From Laetmonice hystrix (lineage: Eukaryota), in NCBI GenBank assembly GCA_965235115.1, contig OZ249442.1, positions 3,410,001-3,474,000 on the forward strand: 64,000 nucleotides of DNA, in the 5' to 3' direction. A model generated the notes under the pieces. That model was given only the letters and a program-made list of their open reading frames with translations, was not told the DNA's origin and ran no database searches. The translations under genes and the position numbers were made by a program. Shown here piece after piece: positions 39,371-51,443 of the stretch. Every line of letters starts with the position of its first letter. Within the stretch, counting starts at the first letter, position 1.

Positions 39371-42300
39371 ATGGAGGAAGACTACACGGATACCCATATC
39401 TGTCTGGCATGCCAAACAACCATTTTTGGCCTGGAAAACTATGTCGTTCATAGGCGTACAAACTGTCCCGCGAGGAAGTCTCTGCATACGTCTGGAAAGT
39501 CTGGGCCTCCTGTTGTCATGTCAACCACTAATGCTGCTCATAATATAATGAGCCCAAGTTCTTACGTACCAAGTGACAATATGCAAGGGACCCTGTCACA
39601 TTTTATCCAGCCGAATTCAAACAGATTAAGTTGCAGTCAGCCAGGGGAGGCAGCATTGATGGTCCAGTCAACAATTGCAGATACAGACCACCTGGACGTG
39701 TCGTCTGTGGGATCGTATTTACCAAGTTGTTCGAGACAGTCAAATCAACCTCTGCTGCAGACGTCCACATACCTGCAGCCCTCATCCCAGGTTGCACCGT
39801 CTTTGATTGGTGGCCAATCAAATGATAGAAATCTCGCGGTTGGAACTAACAGGGGGCAGCTCAGCTCATCTCTGGGATATTCGCGGTCAGGTCAATTGTC
39901 TACAAGCACCCAGCATGACCTGTTACGCACTCCACAGCAAGGTGATGGAGACTTGAAGTTGTCCCCATTTCGTTCAGCTGTTGGCCATCTAGACTTACAG
40001 CTTACACCCCCTACCCCACACTTTGATCCTGGATTGTCTCCACTACAGCTCCATGATAACCGCAGCCATGCTATTGGAGCACCACAGGTGTCGTCACATT
40101 CCCGGTCGGAAAGTTTGAATATGGAAGTATCTGATGCAGTGGCATCACTTGTCAGTACTCTGAGCCCATCATCGACCCGCGGAGTGGACCCAAACATCGT
40201 GTTATATGACACATTACCCAGTGAGAGAGACACTATCAATGACTTTTTCTCATCGTTGGAGTTACAAAGTCGGGGAGGAGCTGACCAGGGTCGTGGAGAT
40301 ACAGGGGATGCAGAGAAAAATGAGCCATCTCTCGACCACAAAGAGGGCCTTGGTTTGATCAATAAGCTGGATGTTGATCGCCTTGACCACCAGAAAGCCC
40401 TGCGAATAGCAAGCATCCTTGATGACCTGGCTTTCAGTAGTGACTCTGATAACCTCCTGCCTTCTGACACTGAGAATCTACTTGATTCATGTGACGATGA
40501 CATCTCTCAGCCACCAAGGTCGCACACAGGAGGAAAGTGGCGTCCTGGTGAGCAGGGGGCGCACAGCCATGGAAAGTTAAAGCTGGTGGGGAAGAAAGCT
40601 CCGTCATCAAGTCCTGGAAAACTAGCACATGGAGGTAAACGGCTGCTAGGCCAGACTACTGGGAAAATTACACAAGCAGGCAAGGACAGAGCAGAGCAAA
40701 GTGGTGGGAAAAGAGTTGTACCGCATCAGTTGTCGGGGAAATATGGAGTAGGTTTAGGTAAAGGTTCAAAAGGTGGAAAGTGGCAAGCAGGAAAGTACCC
40801 AGGTGATGAAGAAGAAGATGATGATGACAAGAGAGGAGTCTCTGATGATGGTGAGGATGCTGATGATGACGACGAAGACTACGAACCTCCTGGACATAGT
40901 ACCGGTAGTAAGGGAAAACGTATTTCAGGTGGAAAGAGATTCAGCTATGGTAAACACATAGCAGCAAGTCAGCACGACGCCAAACAAGAATCTGGGAGAG
41001 TTTATAGTTATGGCAAGCAAATTCGTATGGACCCAAATACAAGTGAGGGAGGTGAAAAGAATTATTACTGTAAGTTTTGTGATAGGACTTTGCTGAACAA
41101 AGTTAGCTATGAGAGACACTGTTCTACAAACCTTCACATCAAACGGTCGAAAGGAGTTCCTGAGGAGCCAGTGAAGGAAGAAGTAGAAGAGTTTGAGTGT
41201 ACTGTTTGTGAGAAAAAAGTCAACAATCGCTACAACTTTGCACGCCATCTAGTGAGTGCATCACACCAGAAAAAGGCAGTGAAAGGAGAGAGGGCCTTTC
41301 TATTGGATGAATCCTATCAACTACTTCTGTCCCGCCAGAGTCGATTTCAGTGCCATGTTTGTCATTTCTACTGTCACAAAGCAGAGCAGCTCCAGGCTCA
41401 CCTCACCTCTGACGATCATACTGAACTGGCAGAGGGACTGCTTGGTCCCTTGCTATGTGTGCGTTGTAAGTTTGCCTGCTATGAGAACTCTGAGATATTG
41501 TCTCACATTGAAAGTGAGCAACATCAAGCTATTGTGACCAAGTCAGACCGCCCATGTGTTATTCGTGAGTCCCGTTTTCGTGTACGTTGTCGTCAGTGCT
41601 CCAATACTTTCCACTCGGCAACAATTCTAAAGAAGCATCTTGAAACCATTCATTCCGGGAAGGAGAAGTGCAGACGTCGGAGCAGGAAAGGCCAAGCTCA
41701 AAAACGACCAATTTGTCAGTACTGTAAGAAAGATTGGCCATCATTTTTTGCCATGGAAATTCACATCCGTAGAAAACACACAAAAGAAAGACCTTTTAAA
41801 TGCGCGGAGTGTGACTGTTCTTATGCTGACAAGTATTCATTAACACTTCATTATCGCAGTAAACGGCACCTCAACCAAGCGGTCAAACTTGGAGACATGA
41901 GACCTCCACCTATGAGGAAGGTCCGTGTTCAGAAACGTCCAAGCAAACAGAAGGTCTCACACAAGTGTAAGGAATGTAACTTTACTGCAGAGAAGTATTC
42001 TGACCTTCGACCTCATTTTCTCGAGGCCCATGCAGAATCTGTATTGGAATGTGTTACGTGTGGAGTGCGTTTCGTCTCGTTATACACTCAGACAAGTCAC
42101 ATGGCAAGTAAGGGGCATGCTGCAAGTGTGGAAGATGCCAAGAACAGCACAGTTACCCATACATGTCCAACATGTGACAAAAAATTCTACAACACAAAGA
42201 AATTCACACTGCATACGTTACTGCATCAACATCTAGGGATCAAGAAGATGGAAAAAAATTGCTACAAGACAGCAGGAGTGAGTGAAAAACATCGTGAGTT

Positions 42301-43651
42301 TGTCGAGTCTATCAAGGGAGTGCCAGCATCTGTCAGGGTAACGTGTCCAGTTTGCCAACAGTCCCTAACTCGGTCCCAGATCTACACACATCTACGGATT
42401 CATGACGGTGTCTCGCCATTCTGTTGCATCTATTGTCAGCGAGCCTTCTCCTGCCCCATATCACTGAGGCGTCACCTGTCCAGACATATAGGAATCAAAC
42501 TGCTGAATTGTAAAATCTGCAAAAAGAAATTCAGTGCGGAGCGGTACCTTCGGATCCACATACTCAATGCACATGGTGTGAGTAACGATGAATGCAAGCA
42601 CAAGTGTCCTGTCTGTGATAAAGGATTTAGGTTGCCATGGCAACTGAAATGCCATCAGCTCCTCCATAGCAAACCGGTGCGGTGCTCATATCCTGGTTGC
42701 AGTCTTGCGTTTAAGGCCCCGTCAGAATTATTGATACACACGCGGGTCCACACGGGGGAGCGGCCGTACTTATGTGATGAGTGTGGTTACACCGCGGCCA
42801 CGCGACACCAGCTTACACGACACAGCAGGTCTCACACTGGTGAGCGACGTTACCAGTGTGAGTATTGCTCGTATCGGGCATTGAATGGCACCAACCTCCG
42901 CCGTCACATGAGAATCCACACAGGAACCAAGCCGTACAAATGTCCCTACTGCTCCTACCAATGTAACAGCCATGAGAACCTGCGGAAACATGTTCTACGA
43001 ACAAAAAAACATGCAGGAAAACCTGTGTATGCGTGCACGCTCTGTAACAATTACGGTACGAACAGTGCCACAGACTTCAAGCAGCACCTCATTGCCGAAC
43101 ACAAGATTACAGAGAAAGACATTGATGTTCTTTCAGCATACGCAGGAATCTACAACAAAAGTGGCGACATACGTGATGTTCCAGAAGGAAGCTGTGCCAT
43201 TCCAAAGAAAGAAAGGAAAGCTCCAACTAGTAAAAAGGGCATAAAGATTTCAGCTGACTTTTGGAAGCAGAGTGCAGGAGATGCAACCAATGACTTCATG
43301 GAGGATACAAGTAACAAGGATACAAGGATACAAGAATATGCACCGAAATCTAATAAACGTCGGATTGGAGTTGGGCAGCGACTCAACAACTCGGACGTGG
43401 GAGACATGGGAAGCAGTGATGAGGAGGAGACTTTTGTTATCGGGGACCAAGGAGCAGAGCTTGAAAAAAATAATTTGACATCATTGGCAAAGACTGATGA
43501 AGTGGAGCACAGAGAGGGACTGGTTGAGGGACTGCCAGGTACAGTCGGCATTGAACTGAGGCCCAATGGAAACATGAAGTATGAACCTTTAGACCTCACC
43601 TCAAACCTTCCAGGTGACAACTGTGAACAACATGACACCAGCAGCGAGTAA
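39371..43651 (+). CDS. Multi-zinc-finger protein, 1426 aa (N-terminal C2HC finger plus about 19 C2H2/U1-type fingers; ZNF407/ZFAT-like), single coding exon
   Basis: Uninterrupted ORF; accATGG at 39371 just after a splice acceptor. CxxC-x12-H fingers, some with HTGERPY/HTGTKPY linkers, plus matrin-like HxxSxxH fingers and an acidic/GK-rich linker. Confidence 0.95.
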   Translation: MEEDYTDTHICLACQTTIFGLENYVVHRRTNCPARKSLHTSGKSGPPVVMSTTNAAHNIMSPSSYVPSDNMQGTLSHFIQPNSNRLSCSQPGEAALMVQSTIADTDHLDVSSVGSYLPSCSRQSNQPLLQTSTYLQPSSQVAPSLIGGQSNDRNLAVGTNRGQLSSSLGYSRSGQLSTSTQHDLLRTPQQGDGDLKLSPFRSAVGHLDLQLTPPTPHFDPGLSPLQLHDNRSHAIGAPQVSSHSRSESLNMEVSDAVASLVSTLSPSSTRGVDPNIVLYDTLPSERDTINDFFSSLELQSRGGADQGRGDTGDAEKNEPSLDHKEGLGLINKLDVDRLDHQKALRIASILDDLAFSSDSDNLLPSDTENLLDSCDDDISQPPRSHTGGKWRPGEQGAHSHGKLKLVGKKAPSSSPGKLAHGGKRLLGQTTGKITQAGKDRAEQSGGKRVVPHQLSGKYGVGLGKGSKGGKWQAGKYPGDEEEDDDDKRGVSDDGEDADDDDEDYEPPGHSTGSKGKRISGGKRFSYGKHIAASQHDAKQESGRVYSYGKQIRMDPNTSEGGEKNYYCKFCDRTLLNKVSYERHCSTNLHIKRSKGVPEEPVKEEVEEFECTVCEKKVNNRYNFARHLVSASHQKKAVKGERAFLLDESYQLLLSRQSRFQCHVCHFYCHKAEQLQAHLTSDDHTELAEGLLGPLLCVRCKFACYENSEILSHIESEQHQAIVTKSDRPCVIRESRFRVRCRQCSNTFHSATILKKHLETIHSGKEKCRRRSRKGQAQKRPICQYCKKDWPSFFAMEIHIRRKHTKERPFKCAECDCSYADKYSLTLHYRSKRHLNQAVKLGDMRPPPMRKVRVQKRPSKQKVSHKCKECNFTAEKYSDLRPHFLEAHAESVLECVTCGVRFVSLYTQTSHMASKGHAASVEDAKNSTVTHTCPTCDKKFYNTKKFTLHTLLHQHLGIKKMEKNCYKTAGVSEKHREFVESIKGVPASVRVTCPVCQQSLTRSQIYTHLRIHDGVSPFCCIYCQRAFSCPISLRRHLSRHIGIKLLNCKICKKKFSAERYLRIHILNAHGVSNDECKHKCPVCDKGFRLPWQLKCHQLLHSKPVRCSYPGCSLAFKAPSELLIHTRVHTGERPYLCDECGYTAATRHQLTRHSRSHTGERRYQCEYCSYRALNGTNLRRHMRIHTGTKPYKCPYCSYQCNSHENLRKHVLRTKKHAGKPVYACTLCNNYGTNSATDFKQHLIAEHKITEKDIDVLSAYAGIYNKSGDIRDVPEGSCAIPKKERKAPTSKKGIKISADFWKQSAGDATNDFMEDTSNKDTRIQEYAPKSNKRRIGVGQRLNNSDVGDMGSSDEEETFVIGDQGAELEKNNLTSLAKTDEVEHREGLVEGLPGTVGIELRPNGNMKYEPLDLTSNLPGDNCEQHDTSSE

Positions 43652-44354
43652 TGTCCAATGGAAACATGAAGTATGAAACTTTAGACCTCACCTCAAACCT
43701 TCCAGGTGACAACTGTGAACAACATGACACCAGCAGCGAGTAATGTCCAATGGAAACATGAAGTATGAAACTTTAGACCTCACCTCAAACCTTCCAGGTG
43801 ACAACTGTGAACAACATGACACCAGCAGCGAGTAATGTCCAATGGAAACATGAAGTGTGAACCTTTAGACCTCACCTCAAACCTTCCAGGTGACAACTGT
43901 GAACAACATGACACCAGCAGCGAGTAATGTCCAATGGAAACATGAAGTATGAACCTTTAGACCTTCCAGGTGACAACTGTGACCAACATGACACCAGCAG
44001 CGAGTAATGTCCAATGGAAACATGAAGTATGAACCTTTAGACCTTCCAGGTGACAACTGTGAACAACATGACACCAGCAGCGAGTAATGTCCAATGGAAA
44101 CATGAAGTATGAACCTTTAGACCTCACCTCAAACCTTCCAGGTGACCACTGTGAACAACATGACACCAGCAGCGAGTAATGTCCAATGGAAACATGAAGT
44201 ATGAACCTTTAGACCTCACCTCAAACCTTCCAGGTGACAACTGTGAACAACATGACAACAGCAGCGAGTAATGTCCAATGGAAACATGAAGTATGAACCT
44301 TTAGACCTTCCAGGTGACAACTGTGAACAACATGACACTAGCAGCGCGTAATGT
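43563..44354 (+). repeat. 92/80-bp tandem array, 9 copies, overlapping the zinc-finger stop codon
   Basis: ccaatggaaacatg starts at 43563, 43655, 43747, 43839, 43931, 44011, 44091, 44183 and 44275; 80-bp copies lack 12 bp. Confidence 0.97.
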
Positions 44355-45069
44355 GCCAAATAGATTTGTTGAGGTCTCAAGTTATATGAACCTTTATTAC
44401 TGAATGATAGAATAAATGAAGTTAAATGAAGGAGTGGATGCAACATTTGTAAGTTTGCTTTGAGGAGTGGAAACAGATAAAGGAATGTGTTGTCGAACAC
44501 TGAATTAACTGTATTACACATGTACTAAATACTTGTATTAGGGCAACCATAACCCTGCTGCAATGAAACAAAGTGTTGGGATTGGATTTTGTGTATTGAA
44601 GATGGTACAGTGTACTATAGATTTTACGACCTCTTGATTTTCTTTTGGTGTTCTAGATACACGTATATCATGGAGGTTAAAGCTAAGATTTCCTATGCAA
44701 GGATTATCTCGACACTTATTCCCCAGATTAGTGTATTGTAAAGATGAAAACACGAACGGGGAAATAATGTACACTGGCCGTCACAGTCGAAGTCTTTATC
44801 TTTTACAGATTTATGTTTTTCAACCACAGGGAAGTAGTCTTGCCTTGCAATGGTATATGACATGGTTGCAGTGTTTTGTATTCTTTTTAAATGTTTATGA
44901 CTGTAGTTTGTATGCCTGGTTAAATCGTTATGCCAATAGTATTGCTCTGTGCTTGTATTTGTGAGATGCCCGATTGCTCTTGTACTAAGTCTTGTTTGAT
45001 GAAATTGATGGCCTGCTATCTGTAGCTATCTATAGCTATTGTGATGTATCTGGGAATCGGATAAATTAA

Positions 45070-45306
45070 AGCCATTATCTCTTAGTTCAATGACAATCGT
45101 TGCCCTGGCATTGACTTGAAGAGCCAATGAAATTCATCAGGCGATGAACCAATGGTTTTTCCCGTTTTGAGGTCTTTGTTTTGTATGTTTCATTAATTAT
45201 TGGCTATTTGTTGATGCTAGGTCAACGATTTTGTCAAGAACCGGCCATAAGACGATCACTTCATAGCGACAAGAGGCATTGAACTAAGAGATAATCGTGA
45301 TGGGCT
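45070..45306. mobile_element. MITE with TTAA target duplication and AG termini (Kolobok-like), in the probable 3' UTR
   Basis: TTAA|AGCCATTATCTCTTAGTTCAATG ... CATTGAACTAAGAGATAATCGTGATGGGCT|TTAA. Confidence 0.7.
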
Positions 45307-45383
45307 TTAATGTAACTCATGAATTATTGCATTTTATTATTCAAGTTCAGTGTATATCTTGTGAAGTATTGGATTTAAAAAAG

Positions 45384-45389
45384 AATAAA
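45384..45389 (+). terminator. Candidate polyadenylation signal of the zinc-finger gene
   Basis: AATAAA about 1.7 kb after the stop, following an AT-rich tract; no transcript evidence. Confidence 0.4.
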
Positions 45390-46410
45390 ATCATTTATAT
45401 CTTATCCTGTGAGTTTTGAATAGCATGGCAAAAATTATTGCAGTAAGCCTCAGGACTTCTGTTCGGCTAACATAAAAACATTGGTGAAAAGGAGGGGGGT
45501 GAAAAGGGGGGGGGGGGGGGCAGACACGGTATATGGCTGACGGTCCATGACCTTGAATATTACCGGTGTTCACGCATAAAAGTATAATAGGATATTTTGA
45601 CATAATATATATTAGGCCTAACACCGAACAATGCCTCAAAGTAAAAGGGAGGTGGAACGATATAAACAAACTGCAAAAAAAATATAGTATGTACATTTTA
45701 TTGTTGGAACTGCACGCCTGTCAAATGTCGATCTGTATCCATTGTCTCAAACACTCTTCCAACTTAACTCCAATTGCCACTTCCTGCAGTCAGTGAAGCA
45801 GGAATTCCCCAAACCGTGATCATTACTGATACCGCAGCTGTACGTGACAGCACCATTTACATCTCGGAGACAGAACGTTAACATAATAATTAAAGAGGGC
45901 CTCCATGGCCAGACAAGGGGGCTCTCTGGAAATCCTTGCTAGCAATGTCAGATTCAGAATTAATTGTAATCATTTCTGGTGCATGATAATATAGCGACTT
46001 ATCTTCAAATGTCGGTTTATAATCCAGGAATAAATATAAGAATATGCACTGTTAAATGTAAATAAGTCCCTGGCCGGTCACCTTGCCAGGTGATGTGCTT
46101 ACAAGTTAACTCGCCTTGGTGTTACAAAATACACAGAACAAACTAATCGATGGATCTCGCGATACCAACAGCGTGCATTACTGTGGAAGAAACGGCTTTC
46201 TGCTTGTTGTACATTACAAGGTTGGAAGCTGGACTGATACAATAAACAAAGGGAACATTTGAACAAAACTATCTTTTCTTTGAAATACATGTACAATATC
46301 AGGTCACGTCTTTTTAACGACATTGCTAGCCCACATACTACAGCATCCCCCAGAACCTTGGTAAAGATACTGGTTGGCCATCTCGGGCCTTGAAGCTGGA
46401 TTCCTGCCTA

Positions 46411-46762
46411 CATGTCGCACCGACAATGCACACATGTCGCACCGACAATGCACACATGTCGCACAGACAATGCACACATGTCGCACAGACAATGCACACA
46501 TGTCGCACCGACAATGCACACATGTCGCACCGACAATGCACACATGTCGCACCGACAATGCACACATGTCGCACCGACAATGCACACATGTCGCACCGAC
46601 AATGCACACATGTCGCACAGACAATGCACACATGTCGCACAGACAATGCACACATGTCGCACAGACAATGCACACATGTCGCACAGACAATGCACACATG
46701 TCGCACAGACAATGCACACATGTCGCACAGACAATGCACACATGTCGCACAGACAATGTACA
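46411..46762. repeat. 22-bp minisatellite, 16 copies
   Basis: Unit catgtcgcac(a/c)gacaatgcaca. Confidence 0.97.
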
Positions 46763-47936
46763 TGCGTCACCTGATTCATGCGCAAGACATTTTCATGCTG
46801 GTTGCCAGTCAAAGGTTACATATACATACAAAAGTGCAGCTGTTTAAACAAAAAAACCTTCCCAGGATGTCCGCTATTTCCAATGTAACATTTGACTAGA
46901 TGTGGCAATACTGTTTTTACATCTCAGAGGTTTAGCTCTTTGTTGTGGTTGACACTGAAATCAATTTCCACTTCTTGTGTTTCGATGTGGTAGGTTTCAG
47001 CAAGGTCAACCATAATTAGAGATGGCCTCCAAGTCATTCCCAACAGTCACAATTCACCACGGTCTTGCAGCCCCACCACCACACTGAGAAAAGCTGTGCT
47101 GTCAGAAATCATTTAAACAGTACAGGTGGGAATAGTGACATCCTATATCATCTACCCTTCCTCTCAACATCTATAATGCCAACACATTGTACTGGAAATT
47201 ATGTTCTATGAAAAATTATAAACTATTAAAATACATTTAAAATATGCAAGACTTTGCTAATTGGGGGCCAATAACCATGAAAATATATCTCAGGTTTATA
47301 TATAAACTCCTTTATGATATTAAATTTCAGGATTATCAAAATTTCCAATATCAAAAGTTGGTAAAAAAAAAATTATTCTATTTTTTCCCGTGACTTAAAA
47401 GACCGAGTCATGGTGGATGTCTGTGAGACAAAGCCTTGCTAATTCCCAGATGATGTGCCATTGTCGAAAACAGGACATACCCCGATAACATGGACGTTAC
47501 ATACACGCTCTAACTACCAGGTAGTATGCTATAAGCTACAACCATAACTGAGTGACACTTCAACAGAATACTTCCACCATAAAACATCATTAAAACAAAG
47601 ACCAAAAAAAACGGAAACCCCCCGCGAAGGTATAAACATGGAAGCTGTACAACATTCACGACAGAGTACATGTATTTGTAAACAGTCTGATATGACATAA
47701 ATGTGCCAATTTTCTTTGTGAACAACATAATCTTCTTTCTTTGGATATATCTTAGACAGCCTATACAAAATCCTATTTTCTAACTCCTCAACACTGAATT
47801 GTTTACCTGCAAACTAATCTTTCAATGCCATAAACGTGGCATCAATTTTGACGAGAAGACAATGCAGAAAACGTTACAGGTCCAAGGAACCGTGTTTTGA
47901 GAATTAGTCCTGTAGATACATGTACACTGGTAATAA

Positions 47937-48130
47937 CAGGGTCCCCATAGGTTGGCTATACATGTATTGAAATCTCTTTACTTTTCCATGACCTTTCCAG
48001 ACCAAAACTCCCAAATGTCATTACCAATTCTGGATAAAATTAACAAAATACACTAAAACCCAAGAATTGTTCCCTATACCGGTAGTGAGTCTAAAACTAA
48101 ATTTCACTTTTCATGACCGTGGGAACCCTG
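47937..48130. mobile_element. Short hAT-like TIR element, decayed
   Basis: CAGGGTCCCCA...TGGGAACCCTG (10/11 inverted match) with ttttccatgacc-type subterminal motifs; no target duplication visible. Confidence 0.45.
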
Positions 48131-49198
48131 TAGTAGTTGCGCGACTTAATAAATCTTAAATGCCCGAAAGGCACTTCATGCATAACAACACCTAAATTTC
48201 ACGAGAATGTATGGGGCCCAAACTTTTTGTTTGTTGTATTATGGGTACCATTTAAATCTAAGAATATATACACATTGTCCTTATTTTCCAAACTTAGACC
48301 TGTATTTGTTACCTCCGTTACCTGTAGAATATACATTACATGTGCATGTACAGTACCAGAGGCCTAGATCTACAGAAAACGTGTGCCCTGGTGGTCCTCG
48401 GTAGGCCATATAAACAGTTTTAAGTTTTAAGGTGACCTTTAAAAAAAAGGTAAATATGTATGAATAGATTACTGAATTTCTGTTCTTAACTGAAAGTCAC
48501 ATATAAACTTGGCACCAGTGATTATGCACCAGTGATTATGAGAACGGTATTTTTTTTAAAGCTATATATATACCCCATTCATAGGAGACCATTTCGTCCA
48601 GAGACTATTGACATTAACACCTATTGTCAAACTACAATAATACCATACCAGATCCTGGCTATGATCAACTTCAGACAGGAGGCTGTGATCAACTTCAGAC
48701 AGCAGGGATATTGTCAAATTTGAGGTTGGTGAAACATTTACAGACCTCTGTCATGTCATTTTTTCATTATTCATAACAGAAAAATAAATAACCAGAGTTT
48801 CAATGTTAAGTACTGCATACTGACACCTGTGAGTGGCTCAGTGTAATAAGTCTGTACTACCTGGTCACTTTAATTCTGTCAATAGTACCAGAGGTAGAAC
48901 TCAAAGATACACCACTGTACAAATTGGCTTCTTCCACACATGGGGCCCAGTATACAACGGAGATCACCTCGAGTAACAAACGCCATTTCATTCAAGATTA
49001 AATATCAGTCAACGGAGTGAAGAAATATCTGGATCATGATCAGTTAAAATCTCATGATTTAATAACACAAGGATCCCAAGATGACCGACAACCCTACTCC
49101 CCTCCCAGACTAGTGACCATTCAGGTTGCACTACTCCTTGGAAATGTGTTTTAATCCCGACACATTTCTCTGTCTGGGTTTCTGCATACTTGTTATTT

Positions 49199-49926
49199 GA
49201 AACCACTCTAAACGGTTACCTGCTCGGTGGGCAAGTACCCACCCCCACACCCCAGGAAACCACTCTAAACGGTTACCCGCTCGGTGGGCAAGTACCCACC
49301 CCCACACCCCAGGAAACCACTCTAAACGGTTACCCGCTCGGTGGGCAAGTACCCACCCCCACACCCCAGGAAACCACTCTAAACGGTTACCCGCTCGGTG
49401 GGCAAGTACCCACCCCCACACCCCAGGAAACCACTCTAAACGGTTACCCGCTCGGTGGGCAAGTACCCACCCCCACACCCCAGGAAACCACTCTAAACGG
49501 TTACCCGCTCGGTGGGCAAGTACCCACCCCCACACCCCAAGAAACCACTCTAAACGGTTACCCACTCGGTGGGCAAGTACCCACCCCCACACCCCAGGAA
49601 ACAACGGTTACCCGCTCGGTGGGCAAGTTACTCGCTCTCACACCCCAGGAAACCACTCTAAACGGTTACCCACTCGGTGGGCAAGTACCCACCCCCACAC
49701 CCCAGGAAACAACGGTTACCCGCTCGGTGGGCAAGTTACTCGCTCTCACACCCCAGGAAACCACTCTAAACGGTTACCCGCTCGGTGGGCAAGTACCCAC
49801 CCCCACACCCCAGGAAACCACTCTAAACGGTTACCCGCTCGGTGGGCAAGTACCCACCCCCACACCCCAGGAAACCACGGTTACCCGCTCGGTGGGCAAG
49901 TACCCACCCCCACACCCCAGGAAACC
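49199..49926. repeat. 57-bp minisatellite, about 13 copies, with shorter variants
   Basis: Unit gaaaccactctaaacggttacccgctcggtgggcaagtacccacccccacaccccag. Confidence 0.96.
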
Positions 49927-51116
49927 TTTTAAGCGGGATAGTGTATCTTGCGACCCTTGTAATATCACCCTAGCTGTGGTCAATTACCATACCTAACTTG
50001 ATATCACACGACAAGTGCAGGAATAGACCCAGTAGACCTTCGACCCAAAACGGGGCCCTCCCTACTTTGTCACAATATCGCCAAGGGAGAAGCACGTTAT
50101 AGATTTGTGAAGAAAGTTTCTGACTGGCGGATTTCTAAGTGAACTGTATAATTATAATGTATATAAGTGATAAAGCTAATGGTCAACTGTCTGCATCATA
50201 AACTGAGTGAGGACAGTGTCATGGTTGGTGGCTGGGAGTGACTCTACTAAAGTCGGGAGACAAAAACGGCCTTCGAGGTCATTTGTCAGCCATTATAATA
50301 GAGCCGTATCCTCCAATGAAGTGGTAGCTAGCCACTTGAACATTCAGTCCCAAGCAATCAGTGAATCAGCCTGCTTTTATAATCACAAACAGTTGGAGAG
50401 GCAGAGTCCTAATTCAACATTCAGATCAGAAAACTCACTAGTACATACAGATATGTGCCCTGGGTTATGATGGCTCAGAGAGTTCTTTACTACACCAGTC
50501 TTACAAACTGTCATGCAAACTCCAGATTTTTATTTAAAGTATTAAACTGAATATTCCTGATACTATAGAGAAAAATATTCCCAGTACGCCTCTTCGATTT
50601 ATCAAAAGGTAAATAAAAAAAATATCATCAGGTATTAACAGACTTAGATTACCACATTGTTAACTTGACCTTTGCTGTTCGTCCCGTCAACTTTTATATT
50701 TTTCATTTATCTTTTCCAAACTTTGGCCTTTGTCAATGATTCGTGGATATTAATATTAATACAAATCCTGCCTGCTATACATTCTGTATGAATGGGAGCA
50801 TTACCTTGATTAAATGACTGATAACAGGGATCAGTGCAGATTTCACCCTTAAAAGTGGGTACAATTACAATAGTCATTGTTATAAGATGGGGAATTAGCA
50901 TATCTGACAACTATTTCAGCCACATAGTTCCATGTCCATTGCATTTCAACACTCGAGGTTGCTCCCCCCCAAACATGTGTGGCTGTCTGCAGGAGGGGTC
51001 ATACTGACAACCTCTCATACACTGTAGTTTTAGACTTGCCATATCCAATTAAATACATAGACAGAGGTTTCTGACTTTAGTCTTACAATAGGCGCCACAA
51101 TCACAGCTCAATGTTA

Positions 51117-51230
51117 TCAGTGGTCAGGGTTGAGCTGTCTGCCTGATAACTGAACCTTTTCTCCTGCTTTGAACGCTGGCATCCCGAGATAGGGGCAGCT
51201 AGCACACCTGAACGCATCCCCTAGGTAACA
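51117..51230 (-). CDS. CIAPIN1: Anamorsin coding exon 6 (last)
   Basis: Acceptor tttattccag; encodes [37 protein letters not shown], completing the CX2CX7CX2C Fe-S motif. Confidence 0.97.
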   Translation of the reverse strand, partial: CYLGDAFRCASCPYLGMPAFKAGEKVQLSGRQLNPDH

Positions 51231-51307
51231 CTGGAATAAAGTAACAAATAATCAGGTAAATATTAAAATCACAAATACTCAGAAACATATGAAAAAAAGG
51301 GGACCTG

Positions 51308-51443
51308 GGGACCGTTTCAATAAACACTCGTACTTTACAAGCTCATATTTTCTATAGATCATAATAGCAAAATGTACAAGTTTTTTCTTGTTTACGAGCT
51401 ATAAGGCCATATACGAGCTCGTACAGTCTAGTGAAACGATCCC
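51308..51443. mobile_element. PIF/Harbinger-like MITE in the last anamorsin intron
   Basis: CTG|GGGACCGTTTCA ... TGAAACGATCCC|CTG: 11/12 TIR with a 3-bp CWG target duplication. Confidence 0.65.

Noticed and set aside
49190-49996. 268-aa mucin-like ORF (ETTLNGYPLGGQVPTPTPQ)n
   Set aside because: It is open because the 57-bp unit is a multiple of 3. It has a TTG start, no signal peptide and no convincing splice sites, and the opposite strand is also open. RNA-seq could rescue it.
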